Positions 37,960 to 48,407 are shown, counted from the stretch's first letter. The stretch: 64,000 nucleotides of DNA from Terriglobia bacterium (GCA_963695545.1 OY968796.1:2944001-3008000); one strand, 5' to 3'. Notes: generated from the letters alone by a model not told the origin. Translations and numbers: made by a program.

Positions 37960-39078
37960 ATGCGTAGTTGGCTTCGTAAGTCCCTTCTTGTGGTCCTTGT
38001 GGTCGTGGTGTTGGCGGCGCTGGCCTACCGCTCCAGGCGCGCCTTTCACATCGGCAATTTCAATTGGTCGAAGCTGGGGCATGCGGTGGCGCATGCCAAT
38101 CTTTGGCTGCTGCTGCTCTCGATCATTGCGATCTACGCCTGTTACGCAATCCGCGCGTTTCGCTGGAAATGTTTCTGCCGCCATCTGGGCGAATCGAGTT
38201 TCTGGGGCGTTTACGGCGGCACGATTATCGGATTCGCCTCGATCTTTCTCCTGGGCCGCGCCGGAGAGCCGGTGCGGCCGCTGATCCTCGCGCGCAAAAC
38301 GCGCTTTTCGGTTTCCAGCCAGTTTGGCATTTACGTTCTTGAGCGCCTGTTTGATTTCGCCACTTCAGCCGTGATGGCTGGAGTGGTTCTTGCAATTTTT
38401 ACCAGGCAGCTTTCCACTGCCGGCGCCGACGAAGCCTGGGTGGTCAAAGCGCGCGCGAGCGGCGGCATCTTGCTCGCGGGACTCCTGGGCCTCGCGGCCA
38501 TGCTCGCGTATTACCGTCTCCACGGCGCGAACGCGATCGACCGGAGGCTTGGAGGCTGGCGCCGCGCCGGAGGATGGCGCGGGCGCGTAGCCGCGCAGTT
38601 CACCGGCTTTAGCGAAGGGCTGCAAGCGATTCGCGATCTACGCGATTTGGGCGTAGCCGGATTGTTATCGCTGGTGCACTGGATGCTCGTCGCGTGCATT
38701 TATCTTTGGGTGATGCGCAGCCTCGGCGAATCCTTCGCTGGATTGAATTACCCGAGCGCCGTGCTTCTGCTTGCCGTCACCATGCTTGGCTCGCTGCTCC
38801 AGCTCCCGGGCGTCGGCGGAGGCGCGCAGGTCGCGAGCTTCATCGCGCTCACGCAGATCTTCGGCGTCGATCCTGAACCGGCCGCGGCCGCGGCGATCGT
38901 GTTGTGGCTCGTCACGTTCGCGGCCTCCACGCTGGCCGGTGTTCCGCTGTTGATCCGCGAAGGGTGGTCCATGGGCGAGCTGCGGCGTCTCGCGCGATCG
39001 GAAAAGGACGCAGAGGAAATCGGCGAGCACGTCGGCGTTGGCGCCAGCACAGGTCCGGACGGAGGCAGCGCGCGGTGA
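37960..39078 (+). CDS. Lysylphosphatidylglycerol synthase TM-domain / flippase-like protein (UPF0104)
   Basis: IRAFRW, GRAGEPVRP, ERLFD, PGVGG motifs; multi-TM. Confidence 0.85.
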   Translation: MRSWLRKSLLVVLVVVVLAALAYRSRRAFHIGNFNWSKLGHAVAHANLWLLLLSIIAIYACYAIRAFRWKCFCRHLGESSFWGVYGGTIIGFASIFLLGRAGEPVRPLILARKTRFSVSSQFGIYVLERLFDFATSAVMAGVVLAIFTRQLSTAGADEAWVVKARASGGILLAGLLGLAAMLAYYRLHGANAIDRRLGGWRRAGGWRGRVAAQFTGFSEGLQAIRDLRDLGVAGLLSLVHWMLVACIYLWVMRSLGESFAGLNYPSAVLLLAVTMLGSLLQLPGVGGGAQVASFIALTQIFGVDPEPAAAAAIVLWLVTFAASTLAGVPLLIREGWSMGELRRLARSEKDAEEIGEHVGVGASTGPDGGSAR

Positions 39079-39539
39079 AGTGCCCGTTCTGCTTTCATTC
39101 CGACGACAAGGTGATCGACTCGCGCGAGGGCAAGTCGGGGGATCTGATTCGCCGCCGCCGCGAATGCATCAAGTGCGGCCGCCGCTTCACCACCTACGAG
39201 CGCGTCGACGAAATCCCCTACATGGTCATCAAGAAGGATGGCCGCCGCGAGCGCTTCGAGCGGCAGAAAATTCTGCAAGGCCTGCTGCGATCGTGCGAAA
39301 AGCGCCCCGTGCCGACGACCAAGCTTGAATCCCTGGTCGACGAGGTGGAGCGCTTCGTCAACGAAGCCCCGCAACGCGAGCGCGCCACCAAAGAAATCGG
39401 CGAGCTGCTCATGAAGCATCTCAAGAAGCTCGACAAAGTCGCCTACGTGCGCTTCGCCTCTGTCTATCTCGATTTCAAAGATGTGAAAGAATTCATGGCC
39501 GAATTGAAAGGCCTGATGAAGGAGCGCGGCCGCCACTGA
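39075..39539 (+). CDS. nrdR: Transcriptional repressor NrdR
   Basis: KCPFC....KVIDSR......IRRRRECIKCGRRFTTYE, ATP-cone VIKKDGRRERF and DKVAYVRFASVY. Confidence 0.97.
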   Translation: MKCPFCFHSDDKVIDSREGKSGDLIRRRRECIKCGRRFTTYERVDEIPYMVIKKDGRRERFERQKILQGLLRSCEKRPVPTTKLESLVDEVERFVNEAPQRERATKEIGELLMKHLKKLDKVAYVRFASVYLDFKDVKEFMAELKGLMKERGRH

Positions 39540-39608
39540 CGGGCTTGTCTGCTCGGACGGGACCCCGCGTGGTCTCGTCAGAAACGGCGACACACTTCCA
39601 GTTTCCGT

Positions 39609-40055
39609 TTAGATTTCGGAATCCGTAAAAAGAGTCTCAGTGCCGGGGAGCCAGCGAGTGTGAACAGCAGCTTGTTTGTGGCGAGCCGTCCGTGCAGGAA
39701 TCGCAGCGCGGCAGAGATGCACTTTCGATTTGGGCAGTTTCTCGACAGCCATCCAACGTCGATCCCGGTAAACCAGTATCGATGACCAGTCCAATTTTGG
39801 CTGCCCGTCCTGATAGCCCTTAGGGTACGCGAAGCCCCCGCCCGCAATCCATCGCGCTTGGTGTGGCGTTTCCCAGTGAGAGCACGCACCAACCAACAGC
39901 ACCCACTCGCCGCGCGTGGGCTTGTCATCGTGCCGCTTTGTGAATTCGTCCGCCAGGACGGCTAACGCTGTGCGCCAAAAGTCCCGGTCATCGTCCGCGC
40001 CCAGGTTGGGCTCGACGGATTCAAAGGGACAGGTCGGACTTTCGTGGGCGTCCAT
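39609..40055 (-). CDS. Hypothetical protein, lower GC, possibly frameshifted near the 3' end
   Basis: 148-aa Trp-rich ORF filling the nrdR-GNAT gap; no family recognised. Confidence 0.5.
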   Translation of the reverse strand: MDAHESPTCPFESVEPNLGADDDRDFWRTALAVLADEFTKRHDDKPTRGEWVLLVGACSHWETPHQARWIAGGGFAYPKGYQDGQPKLDWSSILVYRDRRWMAVEKLPKSKVHLCRAAIPARTARHKQAAVHTRWLPGTETLFTDSEI

Positions 40056-40121
40056 GAAACTAATCGAAAGAAAGATCGTAAATCAGTTCTGAGAGAAAAC
40101 CAATCTACATCGGCATGCGCT

Positions 40122-41114
40122 TCAGGCCGCTTGCCACACGCCGGCGGCGAAAGTTTTCACGGTGCGAAATCCAAACTGTTCATAGAGGCGCGCGGCCTGG
40201 CGGTTCGATGCCGTCACGGTGAGCGAGAGCGCCGTATAGCGATGCGCGACGAGTGCCTGAATCGAGGCGGTCAGCATGCGCGAGCCGAGGCCGTGGCTTT
40301 GATATCCGGGCATCACGCAAATTTGAGTGGTGTGCGCCACGCCGGGCGCCACAGTCGAAGTCAAAACAATTCCCGCGAGCTCCGTCGTGTAGGGCGCGCG
40401 CAGCACGAACGATGCTTCGGGATAAAATAATCCGCATCCGGGTAACACGATGATGTTCTTCAGAAATTTCAGCGCGCCGGATTCGCTGCGGTATTGATCG
40501 TTGATCTCGCCGTCGACGTGATTCGCATACGCGAGCTGGATCAATCGCGCGGAGGCGTTCAGATGGCGCTGCTCCCAGCGCTCGAGCACAAACCCAGCGC
40601 CGATGCCATCGCCCGCCGCGCCCCGCGCATGCGGCGCTGAAGCGCTCGCGCCGCCAGTGTGATTCGCTGCCGCGTCCTTCAGATCGAGCAACATGAAATT
40701 CCGCGTCGAAATGCGGAAACCGTGAAAGGCCAGCGCGGGATCGAGAGGGCAGCCGAAAGGCATCAACTGCGCTTCAATGCGCGAGATTTGCGGCAACGCG
40801 CGCAGCGTGCCCAGAACGTCGCCCAGAAGTTGCTTGGCGAGCTCCTCTTGCGGGAAGCGCTGCGAAACGTAAAGTCCGCCGACCAGGCCCTTGTGTTCTT
40901 CGATAACGTAAAACGTGTAGCCCGCCGGCTCGCCGTTTTCGAGCACCGCCGCGCCCGCAAGCGATCGCGCGTCAACAAAGCGCCGGATCACCTCGATCGA
41001 GTTGCGATAGTCCCAGTGCAGTTCCTCGCGCCAGAAGCGCGCCTCTTCCTGCAGCAGCGGCTCGAGTTGCCGCGCGTTCATCTGGCGCAGGTCGACAATC
41101 GCCATAGTGGCCAT
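40122..41114 (-). CDS. Tandem GNAT-family N-acetyltransferase
   Basis: Two GNAT folds; ICVMPGYQSHGLGSRML and LTVTASNRQAARLYEQFGF. Confidence 0.88.
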   Translation of the reverse strand: MATMAIVDLRQMNARQLEPLLQEEARFWREELHWDYRNSIEVIRRFVDARSLAGAAVLENGEPAGYTFYVIEEHKGLVGGLYVSQRFPQEELAKQLLGDVLGTLRALPQISRIEAQLMPFGCPLDPALAFHGFRISTRNFMLLDLKDAAANHTGGASASAPHARGAAGDGIGAGFVLERWEQRHLNASARLIQLAYANHVDGEINDQYRSESGALKFLKNIIVLPGCGLFYPEASFVLRAPYTTELAGIVLTSTVAPGVAHTTQICVMPGYQSHGLGSRMLTASIQALVAHRYTALSLTVTASNRQAARLYEQFGFRTVKTFAAGVWQAA

Positions 41115-41456
41115 AAGCAAGCCGCGCGGCGGCGCGCGACGTTACCACTATCCTACTTCACCGCGCGCGAACTTGTGAATCCCCTCGGGTTCCGGGCGGA
41201 AGCTCGCGGCGAAGTCGGATCGGCGGCGGCGTGCCGCTAAAATGCCCGTCCCCCGGGCATGCGCTCGGCGCGGACGCGTTGACTTCATTGCACATCTCGA
41301 AAAAAGTTCGCTACGCGCCGCCGGTTCAGCCAGAGCATCTGTGTTACCATTCGCTCAGTTGCCGATTGCGCCCGACCGGGTGTCGCGGATCGAACTCCCG
41401 GCGCGGAGGGGAACGGCCGTGGGGCCCGCAAGGCCCTCAAACGAGCCGCCGAATGC

Positions 41457-42395
41457 ATGGGCTTCATCTCCGAAATTCAGTATCCGACTCGCTGGTATTC
41501 CAAGTTGTTGGCCGCGGTGCTGGCGCTCGCGTTTTTCTGGTTCGTGGCCACGCTGGCGATTTCGGGATTTATTTTGTACCGCATTGTTTCGCCGGCGCCC
41601 AGCCAGACGAATCTTGACTTCAGTAATTTCCCCGGTCATCCCGAAGATATGACGTATCAGGTGCGCGGCGAAGGCAGCCGCGACGGTTGGTTTTTCCCCG
41701 GCCGCGAGAATGCGCCGACCATCGTGCTGTGCCCCGGCTACCAGCAGAATCGCGGCGAACTGCTTACGCTCGCTTCGGCCTTGCAATATCACGAATACAA
41801 CGTTTTCCTTTTCGATTTTTCGGGCCAGGGCACAAGTCCCGGCCGGTCGTTGCTTGGCTATCGCGAAACCGTGGAGCTCAAGGCGGTGATCGATGCCCTG
41901 GCGCAACGCGACGACGTGGACCGCTCGCATTTCGGTCTGTGGGGCACCAACATGGGCGGCTACGCCGCGATGGCCGAGGCTGAATCCGATCCGCGCGTGG
42001 CGGCGTTCGCCGTGGAATCCGTGTACGATCGGCCCGAAGAGGAACTCGATCTTCTTGTTTCGCGCTCGGGCCTCGGCGCCATGCCGTTAATCACACGCGC
42101 GACGCACTGGGATTTCGATTTGCTCGCGCGCGACTACCGCGGCACGCCGCCGCTATCGACCGGACTCGGGCGCCTTGCGGACGTGCCGAAACTTTATATC
42201 GAAGCCGCCGATGAACCGGAACTTTCCGAGAGCACGCACGATCTCTTCGTGAACTCCCCCGATCCCAGCCAAGAGGCGGTTATCGCGCGCGGCAATTATG
42301 TCAGCATGCTCGACGACGACAAGCACAGCTACGAAAACCGCCTCGTCAGTTTTTTCCTTACCAACTTGCCGCCAGCAAGCCGCGCTCACCGCTAA
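41457..42395 (+). CDS. Membrane-anchored alpha/beta-hydrolase-fold protein with atypical nucleophile elbow
   Basis: GWFFPG, YNVFLFDFSGQG.S, G.RE..EL and GLWGTNMGG at the GxSxG position. Confidence 0.82.
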   Translation: MGFISEIQYPTRWYSKLLAAVLALAFFWFVATLAISGFILYRIVSPAPSQTNLDFSNFPGHPEDMTYQVRGEGSRDGWFFPGRENAPTIVLCPGYQQNRGELLTLASALQYHEYNVFLFDFSGQGTSPGRSLLGYRETVELKAVIDALAQRDDVDRSHFGLWGTNMGGYAAMAEAESDPRVAAFAVESVYDRPEEELDLLVSRSGLGAMPLITRATHWDFDLLARDYRGTPPLSTGLGRLADVPKLYIEAADEPELSESTHDLFVNSPDPSQEAVIARGNYVSMLDDDKHSYENRLVSFFLTNLPPASRAHR

Positions 42396-42486
42396 TCGCC
42401 CGCGCAGCGCCGTCCGTTCGCAAAACGGAGACGCGACACGGCGCGGCGCTGGAATACTGGCGTTGCTCTCCTACATAATGCCCCGC

Positions 42487-43443
42487 ATGCGGGAGCGCCT
42501 GGAAGTTGCGGCAGCGTGGCTATTCTTGAAGGCGCTGCGGATTTTGCCCCGGCCGCTCGCGCGCGTGGTGGGCGCTTGGATCGCGCGCCTGCTGTTTTCT
42601 CTGAGGCCGCCGCTGCGCCGCGTGGCGCTGGAAAATTTGCGCTTCGCGTTTCCGGATTGGTCCGACCCGCAGCGCCGCGGCGTGATTCGCGGAATGGTTC
42701 GGCAAATCGGCTGGCTGGCGGCGGAGTTCGCGCATCTCCCGTCGCTCAATCGCCGGAATCTCGAGCGCGTGATCCTGCTGGACGATCTCGAAAATTTTCG
42801 CGCGGCCCTGGCGCGAGGAAAAGGCGTGCTGTTTCTCACCGGGCACATGAGCGCCTGGGAATTGGGCCCATACGCGCACGCCTTGCACGAAGCGCCGCTG
42901 CATTTCCTGGTCCGCGCGGTGGACAACTCCCGCGTGGACGCACTTATTGAGCGCTATCGTTGCGCCAGCGGCAACACGCCGATCGATAAGAATGAAGCGG
43001 CGCGCGCGGTCCTGCGTGTTCTCCGTGCCAACGGCGTCGTCGGCATTCTGGCGGACCACAACGCGTCGCGCTTGGAAGGTGTGTTCGTCAATTTTTTCGG
43101 AGCCCCCGCGTGCAGCACCGCGGGCCTCGCGCGTTTCGCCTTGCACACCGGCGCCGCCGTGGTGCCCGCGTTCGTAAGTTGGGACGCCGCCATCGCCAAA
43201 TATCGACTCGCCTATCAGCCGGCGCTGGAAATCGTGCGCACCGGCGACGAGACGGCCGACGTCATCGCGAATACCCAGCGCTTCATGGAAATCGTCGAAG
43301 CCCACGTGCGGCGCTATCCCGACCAATGGCTTTGGGTGCATCGGCGCTGGAGAGAACGCCCCGCGGGCGAGAACGCCTCGATTTACGACGCGCGCCCGGC
43401 GGCAAACACAACAACGACAACGACGACCACGACGAAAAACTGA
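42487..43443 (+). CDS. lpxL: Lipid A late acyltransferase (LpxL/HtrB family)
   Basis: R..ALENL..AFP, GKGVLFLTGHMSAWE, ILADH, FVNFFG, PDQWLWVHRRW. Poly-Thr C-terminal tail. Confidence 0.85.
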   Translation: MRERLEVAAAWLFLKALRILPRPLARVVGAWIARLLFSLRPPLRRVALENLRFAFPDWSDPQRRGVIRGMVRQIGWLAAEFAHLPSLNRRNLERVILLDDLENFRAALARGKGVLFLTGHMSAWELGPYAHALHEAPLHFLVRAVDNSRVDALIERYRCASGNTPIDKNEAARAVLRVLRANGVVGILADHNASRLEGVFVNFFGAPACSTAGLARFALHTGAAVVPAFVSWDAAIAKYRLAYQPALEIVRTGDETADVIANTQRFMEIVEAHVRRYPDQWLWVHRRWRERPAGENASIYDARPAANTTTTTTTTTKN

Positions 43444-43473
43444 CCGCTGATCCGCGCGTACCGGAGGACGATC

Positions 43474-43800
43474 ATGAGCGACGCAGAATTCTTCGAGCTT
43501 TCGGAACTACGACGACGCCAGACGGCCGCTGGTAAATCGTACTTTGAATTTCTGCGAAATGCCGCGATGAGCGCCGGCGTTTACGTCGTCTCACCCGGCG
43601 GCTCGGATACGCAAACGCCGCATCGCGAAGATGAACTGTATTATGTAGTCCGCGGACGTGCTCGCATGCGTGCCGGAGCGGAAGAGAGAGTCGTGAACAC
43701 GGGTAGCGTGATCTACGTCGCCGCGGGCGTAGAACACCGCTTCCACGATGTCGAAGAGGAATTGACCGTGCTCGTGTTCTTTGCCCCTCCGGAAAGTTAG
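43474..43800 (+). CDS. Cupin-domain protein
   Basis: DTQTPHREDELYYVVRG and YVAAGVEHRFHD. GGAGG RBS. Confidence 0.88.
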   Translation: MSDAEFFELSELRRRQTAAGKSYFEFLRNAAMSAGVYVVSPGGSDTQTPHREDELYYVVRGRARMRAGAEERVVNTGSVIYVAAGVEHRFHDVEEELTVLVFFAPPES

Positions 43801-43865
43801 GCGCGCAGAACGCGCGTTTCTAAGAATCCTTTGCGAGGAATCGAACGAAGAAGAGAGGTCACGCC

Positions 43866-44882
43866 ATGCCGACCGCAGCAGAACTCGCCAAACATTTGAA
43901 TTGCCGGTTGATCGGAGAATCCGTGCGCATTTCCGGCGTGGCCGCTCCCGAAACCGCCGGCGCCGAAGATTTGATTTATCTCGATGCGCCTCGTCAGGCC
44001 AGCCGCGGCGCGGCTTCGGCCGCACGCTGCGCAATCGTTGCGCCGGGCGTGGAGCTTGCGGGCAAAACGCTGATCGAATCGTCCACGCCGAAACTCGATT
44101 TTGCGCGGGCCGCCGCATTGATTCTGACCGCGCCGCGCATCGCGCAGGGAATTCACGCCCGCGCCGTGGTCGCGCCCACTGCGAAGCTCGGACTCGGCGT
44201 TCGCGTTGGGCCGTTTGCGGTCATCGAAGAGGACGCGGTCGTCGGTGCGAGCTCTGAGGTCGGCGCTCATTGCGTGATCGGCCGCGGCGCGCGCCTTGGC
44301 GATCGCTGCCGCTTGTATCCCCGTGTGACCCTCTATCCCGGCGCGCGAATCGGCGCGAACGTAATCATTCACGCCGGCGCGGTGATTGGTTCCGACGGCT
44401 TCGGCTACGTTCCGGACAGCGACGGAAAATATTGGAAATTCCCGCAGACCGGCGAAGTTGAAATCGGCGACGACGTGGAAATCGGCGCCAACACCACAAT
44501 CGACCGCGGCTCGCTTGGCCGCACGGAAGTCGCCCGAGGCACCAAGATCGACAACCTCGTACAGATCGGCCATAACGTGCGCATCGGCGAGCACTCCGTC
44601 GTCGCCGCCCAGGCGGGAATCGCCGGTTCCTCGGTCCTGGGCCGGCGCGTCGTGATCGGCGGCCAAGTGGGAATCGCGGACAACTGCACAATCGAAGATG
44701 GCGCCATCGTTGGTGCGCAAGGCGGCGTCCCGTCGAACAAGAGATTGCCGGGTGGCCGGGTCTATTGGGGCACTCCGGCTCGGCCCATCGAAGATATTCT
44801 GGAGCAATACGCCTGGCTCGGCCGCCTGCCTGGGCTTGCCGAGCGCCTGAAGGCGCTGGAAATGAAAAATTCTGCGGATTAG
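43866..44882 (+). CDS. lpxD: UDP-3-O-(3-hydroxyacyl)glucosamine N-acyltransferase
   Basis: Hexapeptide repeats, [35 protein letters not shown]. Confidence 0.96.
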   Translation: MPTAAELAKHLNCRLIGESVRISGVAAPETAGAEDLIYLDAPRQASRGAASAARCAIVAPGVELAGKTLIESSTPKLDFARAAALILTAPRIAQGIHARAVVAPTAKLGLGVRVGPFAVIEEDAVVGASSEVGAHCVIGRGARLGDRCRLYPRVTLYPGARIGANVIIHAGAVIGSDGFGYVPDSDGKYWKFPQTGEVEIGDDVEIGANTTIDRGSLGRTEVARGTKIDNLVQIGHNVRIGEHSVVAAQAGIAGSSVLGRRVVIGGQVGIADNCTIEDGAIVGAQGGVPSNKRLPGGRVYWGTPARPIEDILEQYAWLGRLPGLAERLKALEMKNSAD

Positions 44883-44983
44883 CGCTCCCGCGTGACGCTA
44901 TGTGGAGTAAACGTTTCCATGAATTGGGCTTTTTGGTTGGCCCGGACCTGTAACCTTTTCTCCCAAATTTTGTATAATCCGGG

Positions 44984-45012
44984 TTGACCGCTCGCCCAAA
45001 CCCCCCGATAAT
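44984..45012 (+). promoter_or_regulatory. Candidate sigma70 promoter for the hopanoid operon
   Basis: TTGACC, 17 bp, GATAAT. A separate TATAAT lies at 44973-44978. Confidence 0.5.
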
Positions 45013-45201
45013 ATTGCTGTCAGTACCATGCTTCCCGGCGCCGGGAGCGGACTCGTGGGTGCGGGTCTGTGAATGGCTATTGGGCCCCAAAAGAAAAATC
45101 GGGGGAATGCGAGAGCACCGGGTACAGGTATTTGTGAAGCCAGTGTACTTGCAGGGCCCTCCGATGCATCTCAACCTTGGGACGGAGAGTCTAATTAAGC
45201 T

Positions 45202-47250
45202 ATGGCGGTAGGAGCGAGAATCGGCCTCGACCCGGTGCCATCCGGGGGACAACGCGGCGTTGAATCCGCGCCCGCGCTTGAACGCCTGCAGGAGGCGATT
45301 GAGCGGGGCGTCGACTATTTGCTCTCGATTCAGGCGCCGGAAGGTTACTGGCTCGGCGAACTCGAAGCCGATACCACGCTTGAATCCGACTACATCTTCT
45401 ATCTCAACGTTTTAGGCAAGGCCGATCCCCTGCGCGTCTCGAAGCTCGCGAATTACGTGCAGCAACGCCAGCTTGATGACGGCGGCTGGAACATTTACGA
45501 AGGCGGGCCCTCCGAATTAAACGCCACGATCAAAGCCTACGTGGCTTTGAAACTCGCTGGCCATTCCTCCGATGCGCCGCACATGCGCCAGGCGCGCGAG
45601 CGCGTCCATGCCCTGGGCGGATTCGAGCACGCGAATTCCTACACACGCTTTTATCTGGCTCTGGTCGGCGCCGTGGAATGGGATGTTGTCCCCGCTGTGC
45701 CGCCTGAGCTGATGCTCCTGCCGAATTGGTTCGCCGTGAATATCTACGAGATGTCGTCGTGGACGCGCGGCATCGTGATTCCTCTCGCGATACTTTACGC
45801 GCGCAAGCCGGAATGGAAACTCGATCGCCCGCTCGGCATCGAGGAACTCTTTCGCAATCCCGAGAATAAATCCGCGGCGCTCGCATGGAGCGATCGCCTC
45901 ATCAGTTGGCGCAATTTCTTCCTGGCGCTCGATCGTGCCTACAAACTTTACGAACGCTTGCCTTGGAAGCCGCTGCACAATCGCGCCGTGCGCCAGGCCA
46001 ACGCCTGGCTGCTCGAGCACCTCGAGCGCAGCGACGGTCTCGGCGCCATTTACCCCGCGATGATGAACGCGATTTTCGCGCTGGTCGCCATGGGCCACGC
46101 GCCCGACGATCCGCTCACCATGCGCGAAATTGGGCAGCTCGCGCGATTTGAAATCGAGGAAGAAGACACCATTCGCGTGCAGCCATGCACCTCGCCGGTT
46201 TGGGACGCGGCCATCGCATTGGTCGCGCTTGAAGAGGCTGGCTTGCCGCCCGACCACCCCGCGCTGGTGCGCGCCGCGGATTGGCTGCTGGGAAGACAAA
46301 TTGTCGGCACGGGCGATTGGATGGTGAAGAATCGCGACGCCGCGCCCGCCGGCTGGGCCTTCGAGTTCCGCAACGATTTCTATCCAGACGTAGACGACAC
46401 CGCATTCGTGCTCATGGCGCTTCAGAGCGTGGATTTCCCGGAGAAAGAGCGCATGGAAGCCGCAGTGCGCGGCGGCATCGCGTGGCTTGTCTCCATGCAG
46501 AATCGCGATGGCGGCTGGGGCGCGTTTGACCGCGACAACGATCGCGCGTTCTTGACCGAAATTCCCTTCGCCGACCACAACGCCATGATCGATCCTTCCA
46601 CTGCCGACGTCACCGCGCGCGTGGTCGAATGCCTGGGCCGCTACGGCTGGCCCGGCGCGCATCCGGTGTTACAGCGCGCGATCGCTTTCCTCCGTAAAGA
46701 TCAGACCGACGATGGTTCCTGGTACGGCCGCTGGGGCGTCAACTATGTCTATGGCACAAGCGGCGTGTTGCGCGCGCTTGAGACACTCACGCTCACCGCG
46801 CAGGAATATTGCCAGCGGGCGGTCTCGTGGCTGCGCTCCGTGCAAAATCCCGATGGCGGTTTCGGCGAAACGGCTGCGTCCTATGCGGACGCTTCGCTCA
46901 AGGGCAAAGGTCCGAGCACGCCTTCGCAAACCGCCTGGGGACTGATCGGCCTGCTGGCTGCCGGCAAGACGCACGATTCCGCGCCCGGCCCCGTGGCCGA
47001 TTCTTCCGTGCGGCGTGCCGTGAGTCATTTGGTCGAGACGCAAAATTCCGATGGCTCGTGGGATGAAAACGAGACCACCGGCACAGGTTTTCCGCGCGTC
47101 TTCTACTTGAAATATCATTTGTATCGCGATTACTTCCCGCTGTACGCGCTGGCCCGCTTTCGCAACATGGAGCAGCAGAGCGGAACTTTTTGCGCCTTGC
47201 ATGTCGAGCCGGAATCGCTCGGCCTGCAATCACGCGCCCGGAGCAATTGA
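45202..47250 (+). CDS. shc: Squalene-hopene cyclase
   Basis: YPDVDDTA (DxDD), multiple QW repeats (Q..DGGW), SPVWD, WYGRWGVNYVYGT, TGTGFPRVFYLKY. Confidence 0.97.
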   Translation: MAVGARIGLDPVPSGGQRGVESAPALERLQEAIERGVDYLLSIQAPEGYWLGELEADTTLESDYIFYLNVLGKADPLRVSKLANYVQQRQLDDGGWNIYEGGPSELNATIKAYVALKLAGHSSDAPHMRQARERVHALGGFEHANSYTRFYLALVGAVEWDVVPAVPPELMLLPNWFAVNIYEMSSWTRGIVIPLAILYARKPEWKLDRPLGIEELFRNPENKSAALAWSDRLISWRNFFLALDRAYKLYERLPWKPLHNRAVRQANAWLLEHLERSDGLGAIYPAMMNAIFALVAMGHAPDDPLTMREIGQLARFEIEEEDTIRVQPCTSPVWDAAIALVALEEAGLPPDHPALVRAADWLLGRQIVGTGDWMVKNRDAAPAGWAFEFRNDFYPDVDDTAFVLMALQSVDFPEKERMEAAVRGGIAWLVSMQNRDGGWGAFDRDNDRAFLTEIPFADHNAMIDPSTADVTARVVECLGRYGWPGAHPVLQRAIAFLRKDQTDDGSWYGRWGVNYVYGTSGVLRALETLTLTAQEYCQRAVSWLRSVQNPDGGFGETAASYADASLKGKGPSTPSQTAWGLIGLLAAGKTHDSAPGPVADSSVRRAVSHLVETQNSDGSWDENETTGTGFPRVFYLKYHLYRDYFPLYALARFRNMEQQSGTFCALHVEPESLGLQSRARSN

Positions 47251-48407
47251 TGAGATATCCGCTGAAGATGACCACGAATCTGGCGAAGTACATCGCCAAG
47301 AATCGCTTCAAAGGCAAAGAGAAATTCCCGATGGTGCTGATGCTCGAGCCACTGCACGCCTGCAACTTGACGTGCACGGGCTGCGGCCGCATCCGCGAAT
47401 ATAAATCCACCATCAGTGAAATTCTCACCGTCGAGGAATGCCTGGCCGCGGTGGATAGCTCGGGCGCGCCGGTCGTCTCCATCTGCGGCGGCGAACCGAT
47501 GATCTATCCGGAAATCGGTCGCCTCACGCGCGAAATTCTGGATCGCGGCCGGCACATCATCCTCTGCACGAATGGAATGTTCATTCGCAAGCGCCTGCAT
47601 GAGTTCAAGCCGAGCTCCAGCTTTTTCTGGAACGTGCATTTGGACGGCATGGAGCGCACGCACGATCTGTGCGTCGAAAAAGACGGCGTTTTCCGCGATG
47701 CCGTTGAGGGCATCAAGGCAGCCAAGGCCGCCGGCTTCCTGGTTTGCTCGAACACCACAATTTACAAGGAAACCGATCTCGAAGAAGTCGCCGAGCTCTA
47801 TTCCTTCCTCGATGGCCTCGGCGTCGATGGCTACATGGTTTCGCCCGCGTACGGTTACAGCTCCGTGCAAACCAAAGACATCTTCATGTCGCGCGAGGAC
47901 GTGCGCGAAAAATTCCGCGCCGCGCTCGAATTGCTCGGCAAATACAACCTGATGGTTTCGCCGATCTATCTCGATTTCCTGCGCGGCGAACGCGAACTCG
48001 ATTGCACGGCCTGGGGCACGCCCACATTTAATCCCCGCGGCTGGAAAGGTCCGTGCTACCTGATCACCGATCAACACCACGCGTCGTATCAGGAACTGGT
48101 TGACAACACCGACTGGTCGAAATACGGACCCGGCAACGATCCGCGCTGCGCCGATTGCATGATGCATGTCGGCTTCGAGCCTTCCCCGATTCTGGGCGCG
48201 CACCGCCGCCTCGGCGACACCTGGAGAATGTTCAAGTGGCAGATGAGCGGGCGCATGGGCGGCCGACATTTTTCCGATAGCCGCGACAACGGCCATTCCA
48301 CAGGTTCAAATGGCGGCGCGGGCACCGGCGTTAGCGGAATGATTCCGCCGCCTCCGGCGCGGCCCGAGGAATTGGTTTCCGCCGACGGGAGTTTGCGAGT
48401 GCTATGA
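47250..48407 (+). CDS. hpnH: Adenosyl-hopene transferase (radical SAM)
   Basis: FPMVLMLEPLHACNLTCTGCG (CxxxCxxC), CTAWG.PT, PCYL, DPRCADCMMHVGFEP; directly after shc. Confidence 0.92.
   Translation: MRYPLKMTTNLAKYIAKNRFKGKEKFPMVLMLEPLHACNLTCTGCGRIREYKSTISEILTVEECLAAVDSSGAPVVSICGGEPMIYPEIGRLTREILDRGRHIILCTNGMFIRKRLHEFKPSSSFFWNVHLDGMERTHDLCVEKDGVFRDAVEGIKAAKAAGFLVCSNTTIYKETDLEEVAELYSFLDGLGVDGYMVSPAYGYSSVQTKDIFMSREDVREKFRAALELLGKYNLMVSPIYLDFLRGERELDCTAWGTPTFNPRGWKGPCYLITDQHHASYQELVDNTDWSKYGPGNDPRCADCMMHVGFEPSPILGAHRRLGDTWRMFKWQMSGRMGGRHFSDSRDNGHSTGSNGGAGTGVSGMIPPPPARPEELVSADGSLRVL

Noticed and set aside
43408..43434. Poly-Thr codon run at the lpxL end, and GGAAAC repeats (NGNGNG) in hpnE near 54856-54878
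   Set aside because: In-frame low-complexity slippage; unit lengths are multiples of 3, so no phase-variation effect.
45013..45201. Riboswitch in the long shc leader, or upstream of hpf (59710-59875)
   Set aside because: No recognisable aptamer consensus or terminator; a cmscan search would be needed.
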